NCBI RefSeq assembly: GCF_001194135.2 | Contig: NC_068982.1 | Span: forward strand, 142,588,334 to 142,620,891 | Reading direction: 5' to 3' | Origin: Octopus bimaculoides | Lineage: Eukaryota | DNA: 32,558 bases | Shown here: piece after piece, positions 10,849 through 22,587 of the stretch | Layout of the letters: each line of letters opens with the position of its first letter | How positions within the stretch are numbered: the first letter of the stretch is position 1 | The notes under the pieces: model-generated | Database searches by the model: none | Told to the model about the DNA's origin: nothing | The model's input: the letters and a program-made list of their open reading frames with translations, nothing else | Made by a program: the position numbers and the translations under genes

Positions 10849-11033
10849 TCATCGTCAAAGTAAGAAACTAGCTAATCTTCAATCGGATCTGCTCGTTGGA
10901 ATCCAATGGGCAGAAAAAACACAATATACAGCTAAACACTTGTAAGTTTAAGTTAATCCACCTCAGTAAAGAGGCTGCAGCTAAACTACAATACGTTCTT
11001 CCCCCGGGAGAAAACCTCGTAACAACGGACTCC
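10846..11033 (+). repeat. Local 188-bp duplication of 9442-9628 (a piece of the CR1 fragment)
   Basis: Manual alignment shows 5 substitutions and 1 indel over 187/188 bp (~97% identity). Confidence 0.95.
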
Positions 11034-11045
11034 TCACTCCACGGC

Positions 11046-12030
11046 ATTATTATAATTACTCTTTCGTAGCACTGTGTAGGTAAAGATGCACCGGAGACTT
11101 TAGTCATCTGTCAAGACACAACAAGGACGTTAGAATATAATACTCAACTTAAGATGTGCGTTGTGCTCAATAAGGCTAATTTTAGCAAGCCATCTAACTT
11201 ACATGGGATTTCCAGTTGCCTTATGAAATCTTGAACTTTCGATGGGATTGAGCCGAACATTCCGATCACCACTGGTATCACTTTCACAATGCCCTCTCGC
11301 ATTCCGTACAGTCTTGCGATGTCTACTTTCATTTCGGAATACATTGTGATTTTCCCAGCTTCTTTACATGCATGTCATCTAACAGTATTTGTCTCTCTTA
11401 TTCAATATGACAATATCCGGCCGACGGTGTTCGATTACGCGATTTGAAAACCATAGTCCCAAAGTGTCATTACTTTTCCATCCTCCTGCATAACTTTACT
11501 TGCTACATGCTCATATCAGTGCTTTGTTACGTCATATTGGTACTTACATCATGAGAGCCAATTAAGATACCCACACACATTGTTGTAGCGGCGCTTGTAT
11601 TCTTTTTGTGCAAGGTTCTCACATCCACTTTCCAAGTGGGTCACATTTTCCACACTTTTTCCACAGAGTCTGCATTTCTAGGTGTCAGACGTTTTATAGA
11701 TGTTATACTTCAATGAATTGGTAGCAAGTGCCTGGTCTTGTGCAGCAATGATGAGGCTTTCGGTGGTACGCTTAAAATCACCTCATTCAGTCCATGTTCA
11801 CGATGCTGTATTATCCTTACCGTCCTCTGTATTCTTTTCAAACTGTCCATGTATTCTCATTTCAAGAAGGTCTTCTTTTTTCTTCTCCTCAACTCTTCCT
11901 TGCCCATTATTTCATCTTTATTTACACCCATATCTTTCGCGCGATATTGATTATTATTTTTTTTTAAATAAAATATGGTCCATTGCCTTCTTCTGAACCG
12001 GGGTCAGCTCTTGACCCTAGGATCACAGCA
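11046..12030 (-). mobile_element. R4/Dong-like LINE, 5'-truncated, distinct subfamily (copy 3)
   Basis: In-frame IHGQFEKNTE...ESLIIAAQDQALATN...KCRLCGKSVENVTHLESGCENLAQKEYKRRYNNV (CCHC knuckle), RRPDIVIL and VKVIPVVIGMFG...LALLSTTHILS*. The 3' UTR ends in TAATTATAATAAT. Confidence 0.9.
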
Positions 12031-12037
12031 GGACCTC

Positions 12038-12038
<1 letters not shown>

Positions 12039-12098
<60 letters not shown>
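12039..12098. repeat. (TTA)n microsatellite
   Basis: Read directly from the sequence; separates Dong-like copies 3 and 6. Confidence 0.97.
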
Positions 12099-12349
12099 GT
12101 TCAGTAGTTTTATTTTTATACTGTGCTTTTACTTCACTACCGAGCGCAGCTTTATGTGCCTTGGGTATGTGCTGTGGTTTGCTGTGATGCTCGTATGGTT
12201 ACTGTATTGAAAGTGGGTTGCGTAGGATGTGTGCAGTGCCCAGTAGTGCAATTTTCTGTATGTTATATATATTTGTAAGTCCTGGTGTTTTTGTTATGTA
12301 TTTGTCTGAAAATGTTTTATTATACGTAAGGCACCTACTATGATAGGAA

Positions 12350-12352
<3 letters not shown>
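12099..12352 (-). mobile_element. R4/Dong-like LINE, extreme 3' end, ~250 bp, third subfamily (copy 6), embedded in (TAA)n
   Basis: Minus strand TIPIIVGAL...DKYITKTPGLTNIYNIQKIALLGTAHILRNPLSIQ*, then a 3' UTR ending AAAACTACTGAAC(AAT)n. TTA arrays lie directly on both sides. Confidence 0.88.

Positions 12353-12388
<36 letters not shown>
12353..12388. repeat. (TTA)n microsatellite
   Basis: Read directly from the sequence. Confidence 0.97.
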
Positions 12389-12570
12389 GGACGCAGAGCG
12401 CGATTCGATTGTAGTAGATATTTTATTGGTTGAACGACATTTCAACAGTAAGTCTGTCTTTCTCAAGTTGAAAATAAGATGAGATAAAAATTCAAGATTA
12501 TAGAAATTTAAATGTAAAGTATGAACGAGAGCAACCAGCATCCACACGATTATGGAATGACATCATCAGT
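12389..12570 (-). mobile_element. Probable Penelope-like element terminal (pseudo-LTR) remnant
   Basis: Minus strand CTTGAGAAAGACAGACTTACTGTTGAAATGTCGTTCAACCAATAAAATATC is a hammerhead-like core followed at once by AATAAA, the layout typical of Penelope-like 3' ends. No ORF supports it and the boundaries are uncertain. Confidence 0.45.
12430..12472 (-). ncRNA. Degenerate minimal type I hammerhead-like motif (U3-A8 variant)
   Basis: TTCAAC-TTGAGAA-A-GACAG(ACTTA)CTGTT-GAAA-TGTC-GTTCAA. Stem I pairs 5 of 6 and stem II is 5 bp including one G-U. Confidence 0.4.
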
Positions 12571-13354
12571 CTTTAAGTTTCAATTTTGTAACAGCCGAAA
12601 AGAAAAATACAGAAAGAAAGAGGAAAGAAAAGAGTGGAAAGAAAAAGAAGAATATTTAATCAAACACTTTTGTATAAATTCGATGATATTCTCCTGTTAA
12701 TTTATTCATTCCTCCAGGGCGTGATGTTAATAACCCGCAAACCTATTTCTCCTCATGCACTGTGAGAAGTTAACGTGAAGCAGATTCAGAATATTTTCTG
12801 AGAATATGCATTTTCAAGTCTTTTTCATTTGTGCATCATTATGTCAAACGCAGTTACTGTGAATCGCGATTAAAGGAAATAGCAAATGAAATAGCTAAAA
12901 TTAGCAAAGGTAGACTTTTTTTTCTACCTTTTGTCTGTCTTCTTTTTTATGTCTTTTTCTTTTCGCCTGTTATAAAATTGAAACTTAAAGATTGATGATG
13001 ACATTCCATCAACTTGTGGACGCTGGTTGCTCTTATTCACACTTTACATTTAAATTTCTATAATTTTGTATTTTTNNNNNNNNNNNNNNNNNNNNNNNNN
13101 NNNNNNNNNNNNNNNNNNNNNNNNNNNNNNNNNNNNNNNNNNNNNNNNNNNNNNNNNNNNNNNNNNNNNNNNNNNNNNNNNNNNNNNNGAAACAGATGTT
13201 CTATGACTAAGCAATTCAATCCATCGTTACCACGTCTTAGTTTCGAAAAAAATTTACCCAAGAATTTACGAATGCAGAACAATTGCTGGTTATATAAAGA
13301 AGATATATGTGAATATATATCATTTAGTCGTTGCTAAAGATAACTTCATGCAAA

Positions 13355-13355
<1 letters not shown>

Positions 13356-13434
<79 letters not shown>
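13356..13434. repeat. (TAG)n microsatellite, ~26 units, followed by degenerate (CAT)/(CAG) tracts to ~13630
   Basis: Read directly from the sequence; it produces the poly-Y/poly-D/poly-A ORF 13324-13716. Confidence 0.95.
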
Positions 13435-13574
13435 ACCGTTACCAGCACTCAATCGTAGTAATAGAATTATCATCATCATTAGCAGCTTCACCAACACGGT
13501 ATTAATCAAATCTAACATCAGTAGCACCGACACTAGTGCTATAGTAGCCAGGGTAATAGTAGTATCATCATCAG

Positions 13575-13605
<31 letters not shown>

Positions 13606-14187
13606 AGCAGCAGTAGCAGCAGCAGCAGCGACATGATCGTTCTGACTAATAAAATCTTTCGATCTTTTTCCGAGATCTTCATAAGAAAATAATTTCCGGC
13701 GACTCAGCGAAATCACTCCACAATCACAATTAATCGTTTTACAGAAAGGAGAATTTGATTATTTCTCACAAATCGACCTTGACAGAGCTTCTTTTGCTGA
13801 TTTAGTACATTGCACAGCAATCTTTCTGGGACAGCGATTTCAAGAGTTTTGACCAATAATATCGATCGCCAACAATGGTTGCATTGCCCATACGCACACA
13901 TACACACACACACGCATACACTCACTCATATACCAACGCACACACACACATAATGCAGAATGGACATAGAGCAAAAAAGATTTACTACGCATACATTATA
14001 TGCATACATACTTATACATACATACATACATACATATATATATATATATNNNNNNNNNNNNNNNNNNNNNNNNNNNNNNNNNNNNNNNNNNNNNNNNNNN
14101 NNNNNNNNNNNNNNNNNNNNNNNNNNNNNNNNNNNNNNNNNNNNNNNNNNNNNNNNNNNNNNNNNNNNNNNNNNNNNNNNNNNNNNN

Positions 14188-14269
<82 letters not shown>
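14188..14269. repeat. (GATA)n-(GACA)n compound microsatellite
   Basis: Read directly from the sequence. Confidence 0.95.
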
Positions 14270-14270
<1 letters not shown>

Positions 14271-14837
14271 TGCATACAATGCACACGTGCCACACAGCCA
14301 AACACTTGTCCATCGGTATACATACACGTTCTACGGTCTCAACCACATATGAATGCACACTTCTACGTACATACATACATATATGTGTGTGAGTTTGTGT
14401 ATGTGTGTGAGAGTTTGTGTGTGTGCGTGTGTGCGTGTGTGCGTGTGTGTGCGTGTGTGTGTGCGTGCGCGCGTGTGTGTGATAATTTATTTCTGCGCTC
14501 GTGTGTCTGTGAGTGTGTTCGCTCATATTAGCATTCGGGTGGAAATAAATACATTCCAAACAAAATCCCCATCGGTATTAGTGTCAGATTAAATAATCCC
14601 CCCTTTCGTCAATGTCCACTTTGTATTTCGTATCTCACGAGAATGGTGAAATATTTTGTAAACAAAAGCTAAAATCTCGAATGTTTTTTGACTAAATTCC
14701 CAGGGGTAATTGTTTACATCAAAAGCCTTCAAAATTTTCGAATCAAATTTAAATATCTCATTACGAAATTGCAGTTATATAGATGTAAATATTCAACAAA
14801 GCACTTCAAAAATTTTTTTAGCAACAACTCATACACG

Positions 14838-15076
14838 TACATACATACATACATACATACATACATACATACATACATACATACATAGAAGCATACATAC
14901 CCAGTTGTTGATGGTGAAATTCCAATGAAGGAGCCTTGAATCTAGGTTAGAAACCGGCTCTTTCTCTATTGGCAAGAAATCTTGAAATGAAACTGAAAAT
15001 GACATACATACATACATACACACACACACATACATACATACATACATACATACATACATACATACATACATACATA
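14838..15076. repeat. Two (CATA)n tracts (14838-14885 and 15002-15076)
   Basis: Read directly from the sequence. Confidence 0.9.
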
Positions 15077-17053
15077 GGTCACGCTTAGAAAGACAAAGTA
15101 ATTTACGAGTGAAACACAAAAAACTGTAAACTTCAAAAATGCAACAGTTACATAGGTCAAAATTGCACGGTACCGTTTGGAGGCTTACCAGCTTACCATG
15201 CAGTTTAAACTATGTGCACTGGTAACACTCTATACCACATTCTACATAATAAAGAGAGATACAAAAATATGAAGGGCAAATATTTCTGTAATAATTTATC
15301 CTTTAAGGGCGATTTAAAGCTCGTATTGGTTGACAAATTACCACTATTTAGACTTTCATGTGTATTTTTGTTCTTGTATTGAAACTGCATTTTATTGGTA
15401 TCAAATTTGGGTTTGAATGTTACAGTTTTTATGAAAAAGCCAAAAGAAAACATGAGTGATTGCTAATAAGATATTTTGTTATACCATCTTAAGTAAGGTT
15501 CATTAAGTTAAGTTTTTTATAAGTTACATAAGGCAAATTTCACGATTGAAGTTTAATCCCAAACCGTCAGAGACACATCTGTGAATATTGGATTGAAAAA
15601 ATGATATTCAGCACCGTACAGAATGGCTCAGAAAACGATTGATTGCAGGGGTAAACTAATATTGCAATGAAGGCTACAATTAGTATCTAACATAAATGCT
15701 TCTCAAATGCAAATCAGATTTTCTAGAGACTCCGCTTTTTAACGGATTGGTTCTGGCCGGAAAGTTTGTATAAAGATATGCCACCCACTACGAAAGGCTG
15801 CCGAGTAGATTAAAACACTTCATAGATAGGAGATGATACTGAGATGACTTGGAAATGTTTGTGTAGTCGAATTTAAGAATAATATTGTTCTAAAATATGT
15901 ATATAAAATCTGATACACCGGGACCTGAAAAAAAGGTTAAAAGAATAAAGAGATTACAATAGAAAATAGTTGAGTTTTCAATATGTGTTTAAGAATACCT
16001 GTTCATTTTACATTCATGTATAATTGTGTGTATGTGTGAATGTGTGCAGGATGTATATTCTTGGGGGAATACACCTCATAGGAATATGGTCAGTTAGTTA
16101 GGGCGATTAGAATAAAGAACCCACAGTGAGAAATTTGAATGCCAATATAATGTTTCCAAATAAATTTTACTCCAAAAGACCATCGGTTGTAACAGAATGC
16201 TATACATACACACTTCACGCACGCACGCACACTCACATACACACACGAATTTTTATTTATGTATGTGTGTGTGTGTCAAATAGCGATTAAATACAATAAA
16301 TTGAACTCCATTTTCTTCGGAGTCTATTCTATTTCCTTTATACTATCGGAATCTCATTAGAAATAATACAATTTAAATAATCAATATATGAAATATACTA
16401 ACCCTTCCAAACGCCAAATTAAACATTATGCTACATATAGGACTGATATCTTTAATGCGTAGCTCTGTTAGGACCATCACATATTGCGTACATAGATTCA
16501 CACATAAATGTGTGTATATATGTGCTCTGAGCGAATTCTCCGTGTATTAACATGGTCCTCCTAACGACGAAGTAAACTTCATTTATTCAAGATAAAACTT
16601 GGCCTGCGGTATAAATACCTCGCTTAGATATTTGCCACTTCCGCTCTCTACGGAATATATGTAGTCCGGATTTTATCTACTCCATTCCTTATTTCTTAGG
16701 CATACATATATATATATATATAAATTGGAAAAAAATAATAAGGTACTCAGATATCTAGATGGTTGTACATTTACAGATTTTTATTAATAAAAGCCAAATG
16801 AATAAAAAATCTGTAAATGTACAACAACCATCCAGATATCTGAGTACCTCATTATTTTTTCTAATATATAATTCCCGTACATCACCTCCAAACCTTATAA
16901 TATATATNNNNNNNNNNNNNNNNNNNNNNNNNNNNNNNNNNNNNNNNNNNNNNNNNNNNNNNNNNNNNNNNNNNNNNNNNNNNNNNNNNNNNNNNNNNNN
17001 NNNNNNNNNNNNNNNNNNNNNNNNNNNNNNNNNNNNNNNNNNNNNNNNNNNNN

Positions 17054-17090
<37 letters not shown>

Positions 17091-17655
17091 TATACATATA
17101 TATATGAGTAAGTGTATGTGTGTGTGTTTGTACGTATATATGTATGTAAACACAGACACACACGCATAGAGATATTCATGTATCAGTGTATTTCTGCATG
17201 TATATATCTATATATGCATCAGCATATCTATATAAAATTTATCAAACTATCTATAAAATGTATTCCTTTCTATTTTAGTAACGATATTATTAACACACAC
17301 AGCTGAGTACCTTCATGGCCTATGGCCAGCGTAATCTTCTAAGTGGCAACAATATACTAATATCTTTAACCTAAGAATCGTGAGGTGAGCCTTCTATACG
17401 ATTAATTTGATGCATAAAATTATTTGTTAATCATTTAAACTATATTTCAAATACTTTAATTTGATCTGCAGATTAAAATATCTTTAGTATAGCGTCCCAT
17501 ATACATTTCATTAGTAACTTCAAAATCGCTAGTTCGTCGTTTCGGGTTTTTCTATATGAAGCACTCGCCAAAATTATTAATACACTTTTGAGTATAATCT
17601 TTTCATAACTTAGTATCGTGATGTCTCTTACCACAACACACACATACATACATAC

Positions 17656-17689
<34 letters not shown>

Positions 17690-18672
17690 ANNNNNNNNNN
17701 NNNNNNNNNNNNNNNNNNNNNNNNNNNNNNNNNNNNNNNNNNNNNNNNNNNNNNNNNNNNNNNNNNNNNNNNNNNNNNNNNGCAAAATTAAATTTTGTTG
17801 TATTAAATTTCTTATTGAAAAAGAAAACCTGATTAAATATAAAATATATATTAGTCATGTTCTTCCACAGTGGCCATTTTATTTTCCCATGATTGATATT
17901 CCCCCTTTTATTTTCTTTCCTTTATATTTCGTCTTTATGAGAAACTATTTCTTTCTATTTCCCTTCCAGCAATTATCTCTTTCATTGCCGTCCTTCATTG
18001 ACGAATCTAATAATTTATCATGAATTCTATGCCTTTTAGATTGAAATGATTTTTCAATTCAGTCGGAATGATTGGCAGGAGCACGCAAAACAGACCATCC
18101 TATAATTCATACCGACCAGCGTCTATTATACATAATACAAGCCAATGCAAACAGGAGTTTGATGATTAGATTCAAAGAAAGTTTTGCATTTTGAAAATAT
18201 TTTTTCTTTTTTAGTTTTCATTTCTCTATCTTTCTCTCTTTCACTAACTCCATACAGACCAAAGGACGTAGAAATACACGTAAAAACACACACATACACG
18301 CATGTGTGCGTAGGAGTATGAGGGTGTATATCTTATAATTAATACACGACAATCTTTGTGCTTAATTTTAAATATAAAGTTTCAATTTCTTTTTTTTTAG
18401 AACTAACCTTACTTTTGCCGTGGGCGAAAAAAGGGATCTTTTCTGTTGCTTAACTTTCGTCATTAAAGTAATACTTGTCTCCTGGCTTCATAATATATTA
18501 ATAGATTGTGGCCTTTTATAATGTATAAACATTCAGATAGAGCTAAAGTCCAGTTCGCGTAAAAGTCTTTGCACTAACATGTTTCACTAATTAATTAAAT
18601 AGTTAATTGATTTGTTAACATTTCACTGAACATGCTTTTGTCGGTAAAATATAATGTTAATATATTAATTCA

Positions 18673-18880
18673 AAAAAGGCAGTGATAGAATCGTTAGTAC
18701 GCCGGAGAAAATGCTTAGCGGCATTTCGTCCTTCTTAACTCTGAGTTCAAATTCCGCTGATGCTGGCTTTGCTTTCCATCATTTCAAAGTCGATAAAATA
18801 GGTACCAGTTGTGTACTGGGATCGATGTAACTGACTTTCCCCCTCTCGCGAAATTGCTAGTCTTGTGCCAAAATTTGAAC
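18673..18880 (+). mobile_element. SINE family 1, near full length, with a 16-bp TSD
   Basis: B box GAGTTCAAATTCC and core GTCGATAAAATAGGTACCAGTTGTGTACTGGG. TSD TTAATATATT[A/G]ATTCA at 18657-18672 and 18881-18896 (one mismatch). Confidence 0.88.
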
Positions 18881-20306
18881 TTAATATATTGATTCAGTCT
18901 TATGTCAAAAGATGCGCACAGTGCTGAAATTGTTCTGTACAACTATTTTAAAGTTCAGGCATTGTACACACAAGAGTTATAAAAGTGTTGCTTAATGTAA
19001 CACGAACCCGTCTGTTATTTGTTTCCATCGGCTACATTGCCGGGAGCCTTCCCTTGACTGGGAAGTGCTGGCAGTTTTTCTATGTCCTGTGGCCATGGCG
19101 AAAATATTTGTTTTCTTGTTAAATTGAAACGGATAAAATTTTTCTCTATTCGTCCAAGCTAAATAAAAAATCGTGTGTGTTGGAGATGTAGGTTAGAGGT
19201 TGTTGAGAACGTTGTAGATTAGAGCAGGCGTGGATAGAAGGGGCGGTTATATGTATGAGATGACTTTCTTAGTTGCAGATAAATCTTTCGGTTGGAGACA
19301 AAGGTGTAGGTTAGAGAAGGTGTTGATTGGTGAAGATGTGCATAAGAGAGGAAGATGTGTGTCACAAAAGTAGGTGTGTGTTGAGGAGGATCGTATGAGA
19401 TAGAAAAAAAGGTAGTGCCTGCCACTAGATTTAATACATATTAGATAAGAGAGATGGGAACGGTCTGAGTGGGTAGGGCAATTGGTATCATGGAAATGTA
19501 GGCGAGGTTGTAAGCTGCAAGAGTACTGTTGCTCTTGTTTATGAGGTCAATCTGAACATATGGGCTCCCTTCATTGTAAACATGTGCCTCTTCACTCTTT
19601 GGGAAGTATCATTTTATTTGCTTTTTTTATTACTGTATAGCTTTTGTTAATTTTCACAATCGATTCTGCGTAAAAGCTGTTTATTGTGAGTTGCAGTTTT
19701 AATGTTCCCCTCAGCTCCTACCCTTGTGGCAAATTATAAAAAAACATTATTCATAGTAATGATGATGATGTTGACGGGGGTTGTTGCTGTTGAAGATGGT
19801 GGTGGTTGTGATGTTGGTAATGAGGAATGTGATGATGATAATATCATCGGTGTTGTTGTATTTGCGGTTAAGAAAAAAAGACTCACAGATGTGTTTTTGA
19901 GCCGAACTAAATTTCCTACGTCATATAATTATGTGGCTTTACATTTTAACTCAAATTTCAATAGGAAATTCTTTGCCTTTCATTTCAGATGAAAACCTAA
20001 ATAAATACCTCCAGTATACAGCTGTGGATTCTATCGATAATAGCTATTTCATAAATTGCGAAACGATTAGGAATCGATGTAGCATAATTATTAGGGAATA
20101 GTGGATGAAGAATCGCTATGATGATCAAAAAGAACATCATCCAGCAGTTTATTCCGGCTTTTTGTAGCGTGAGTTCAATTCTCAATGAAGTAAACTCTTA
20201 CTTTCATTTTTCTAGTATTTGATGGAATATCGTCAAATAGTTTAGTCGATCAAACCGAATCTTTGTATTTTTCTATTTATATTAGACTTGATTTTTATTT
20301 TCTAAT

Positions 20307-21400
20307 TTTATTTTATCTAGTTTCTGCTCACGAGCTGTGGTCATGCTGGGGCACTGCCATTTGAGGTTGCTACATTATTTTACTTCACGAATACTTTTTA
20401 GGAATTGACATTTAGTGCACGAGAGAGCTTGATGCAGCTGCCCTCATCTGCATTTCCTGCTACGAAGTTGGTTCATCTGGGACACTTGACTGTAAGAGGT
20501 CCAGATTTATTTTGAAGACACCTACATCCGCACCATGCAGGTCTCTCAGGTCCTTCGGGATGATATTGAAGAACTCTGACGCCCAGGCTATTGCAGTATC
20601 TTATCCTACATCTTCATGGCAAATATGGAGTCCTTGGCACTATACAGTGGCGCCCAATTCTTGTATTTGTGTAACTCGCAATGCCAAAGTTTGGGACAAG
20701 TCCTTCCAGATGTATATTATGGCGTATCTTTCTCGCCTACGCTCTAAGGAATAGAGTCTTAATCTCTTGAATCTTTCCAAATAGCTTATATGCTGCATAG
20801 AGGCTATCTTCGTGTAGCTTCGTTGGATTGTCTCAAGTTCTGGGATTAATTTCACACTGGTTGGTGACCATAGCTGCGAGCAATGCTCAAAGTGGCTTAG
20901 GACAAGTGTCCTCCAGAGGACCATCATGGTTTTCTGTTCTCTTGTTGTAAAAGTTCTAAGAATCAATCCGGCCAGCCGCCTGCATTTTATTGCCAATTTA
21001 GCAACATGTACGTGAAAGGATGCATCATTACTCATGTAAATATCCAGGTCTCGCTCTGACTGTGCCTCTGGGATTGCAAACCCTCCATTTCCAGTGTATT
21101 TAATGGGTATTGCATTTAGTTTTGCATGCTATTCTTTTCAGCCCACTTTTATATTTCATCCAGCTCACATTGCAGGTGCATCGTGTCTTCAGGGTTATGT
21201 ACTACCTATGAGACTTTTGTATCATCTGCATAACTTGTGATCGTGCCTCTCAGTGGCTTGAGTAACACCGCTCACTATTTGCGTGTTATTGGCGGTGGAT
21301 CCATTGGCTACTACCACCTAATTTCTATCCTTCAGAAGGTTATGAAGCCATTCTCCCAATTTTCCAACAATGCCGATGTCACGCAGCTTGAGACAGATCA
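20307..21400 (-). mobile_element. CR1-group LINE, 5'-truncated, same family as 1-1330
   Basis: Minus strand VICLKLRDIGIVGKLGEWLHNLL, SYADDTK, ILRTFTTREQKTMMVLWRTLVLSHFEHCSQLWSP and LERRRERYAIIYIWK. About 56 bp (equivalent to 267-322, LGPLLF...) is deleted. The tail GTGCCCCAGCATGACCACAGCTCGTGAGCAGAAAC lies at ~20320-20354. Confidence 0.92.
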
Positions 21401-22504
21401 CAGATATTATCATTTAAGTTTCCGCTGGGCAGGAAGTCCACTTGCTGCCAATATCAAATTGAAATAAACTCGAGTTACCGTCTCAGATGACGCACTGACA
21501 AGCTCTGCATCTAATTCACATATACAAATACCTTTTTGATGACAGCAACGTCGAAAATAGGAACGAACTGACATAGGCGCACTTTGTGTTGTTTGTCTCC
21601 CGGACCGAACTGCAATAATTAGTCGAGCGTTGAACGAGGTCGGACATTTGGCATCGAGAATGTTGACTAGCACACAAAACACTATATTTGCTGTACAAAG
21701 CGGTCTGCCTGGAAATAACTCTAGATCACTATAGATGGTTAGCAGAAGGTTAATTAATTCGGTGGTTTCCATTTTTAGCAACAACATATATTACAATATA
21801 CCGTGACCATGGTACATTGTCATATACTGGGGGGTAATACATTTTTACACCACGTTTTAGTTTTGACGCCAAAGTACCGATATATTGTTCTATTAAAATA
21901 GCTGCCTATGCGATCATGCATATGGTCATTGTTATTTTATTTTTCATCTGGAATTGGCAGTCAGAAATGCTATGATCAATTTTTGTCTTTATGCTCATGT
22001 CAGATTTCCCTTTTTCTAAATGTTGTCAGTAGCTTTGTAGTTATCGCTGGCTTTCACGCAAAAGCTTTTTTCCCTTTCTCTACACATAGACGAATTTCGA
22101 GATTTATTTATTCACTGTACTTTGGAATGGAATCTTTTTCTATATTTTAATAATCATTCTCATCTTTATTTTATTGATATTCACATATGTTGTTCAGGGT
22201 GCATGTACTCTAAGAAAATCGTTGCGTTGTTTCTTCACGAAACTATTTTGTACTGTATCGGTAAAATATTATGTGGATTATGGCCACGATATAGCGAGCA
22301 TTATGGCCTGCACGTTCAATCTGGCAGAAATACCTGGCAGTAATGCACTTTCGTGTAGCGTTTCTTGCTTTGTCAATATTCCACATCTGTCTATCAATAT
22401 TCCCATAAAATGGGTGTGTTGATGTTGTTCTTGTTGCTCACGTTACTCGTATCCCTTGCTTAGCACCAACTGAACCGAAGTAGAGTTTTTGTTTGAGCCA
22501 TGCC

Positions 22505-22587
<83 letters not shown>
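22505..22587. repeat. (TATC)n-(TA)n microsatellite running into a gap
   Basis: Read directly from the sequence. Confidence 0.95.

Noticed and set aside
13324-13716. 130-aa ORF with poly-A/poly-D tracts and a hydrophobic stretch
   Set aside because: Largely built from (CAG)/(CAT)/(TAG) repeats, with no recognisable domain or splice support.
19000-19600. Strand-biased, purine-rich 600-bp stretch (ORF 19219-19425) that might be the N-terminal region of an old Penelope-like ORF
   Set aside because: No diagnostic motif is recognisable by eye; it needs a profile search.
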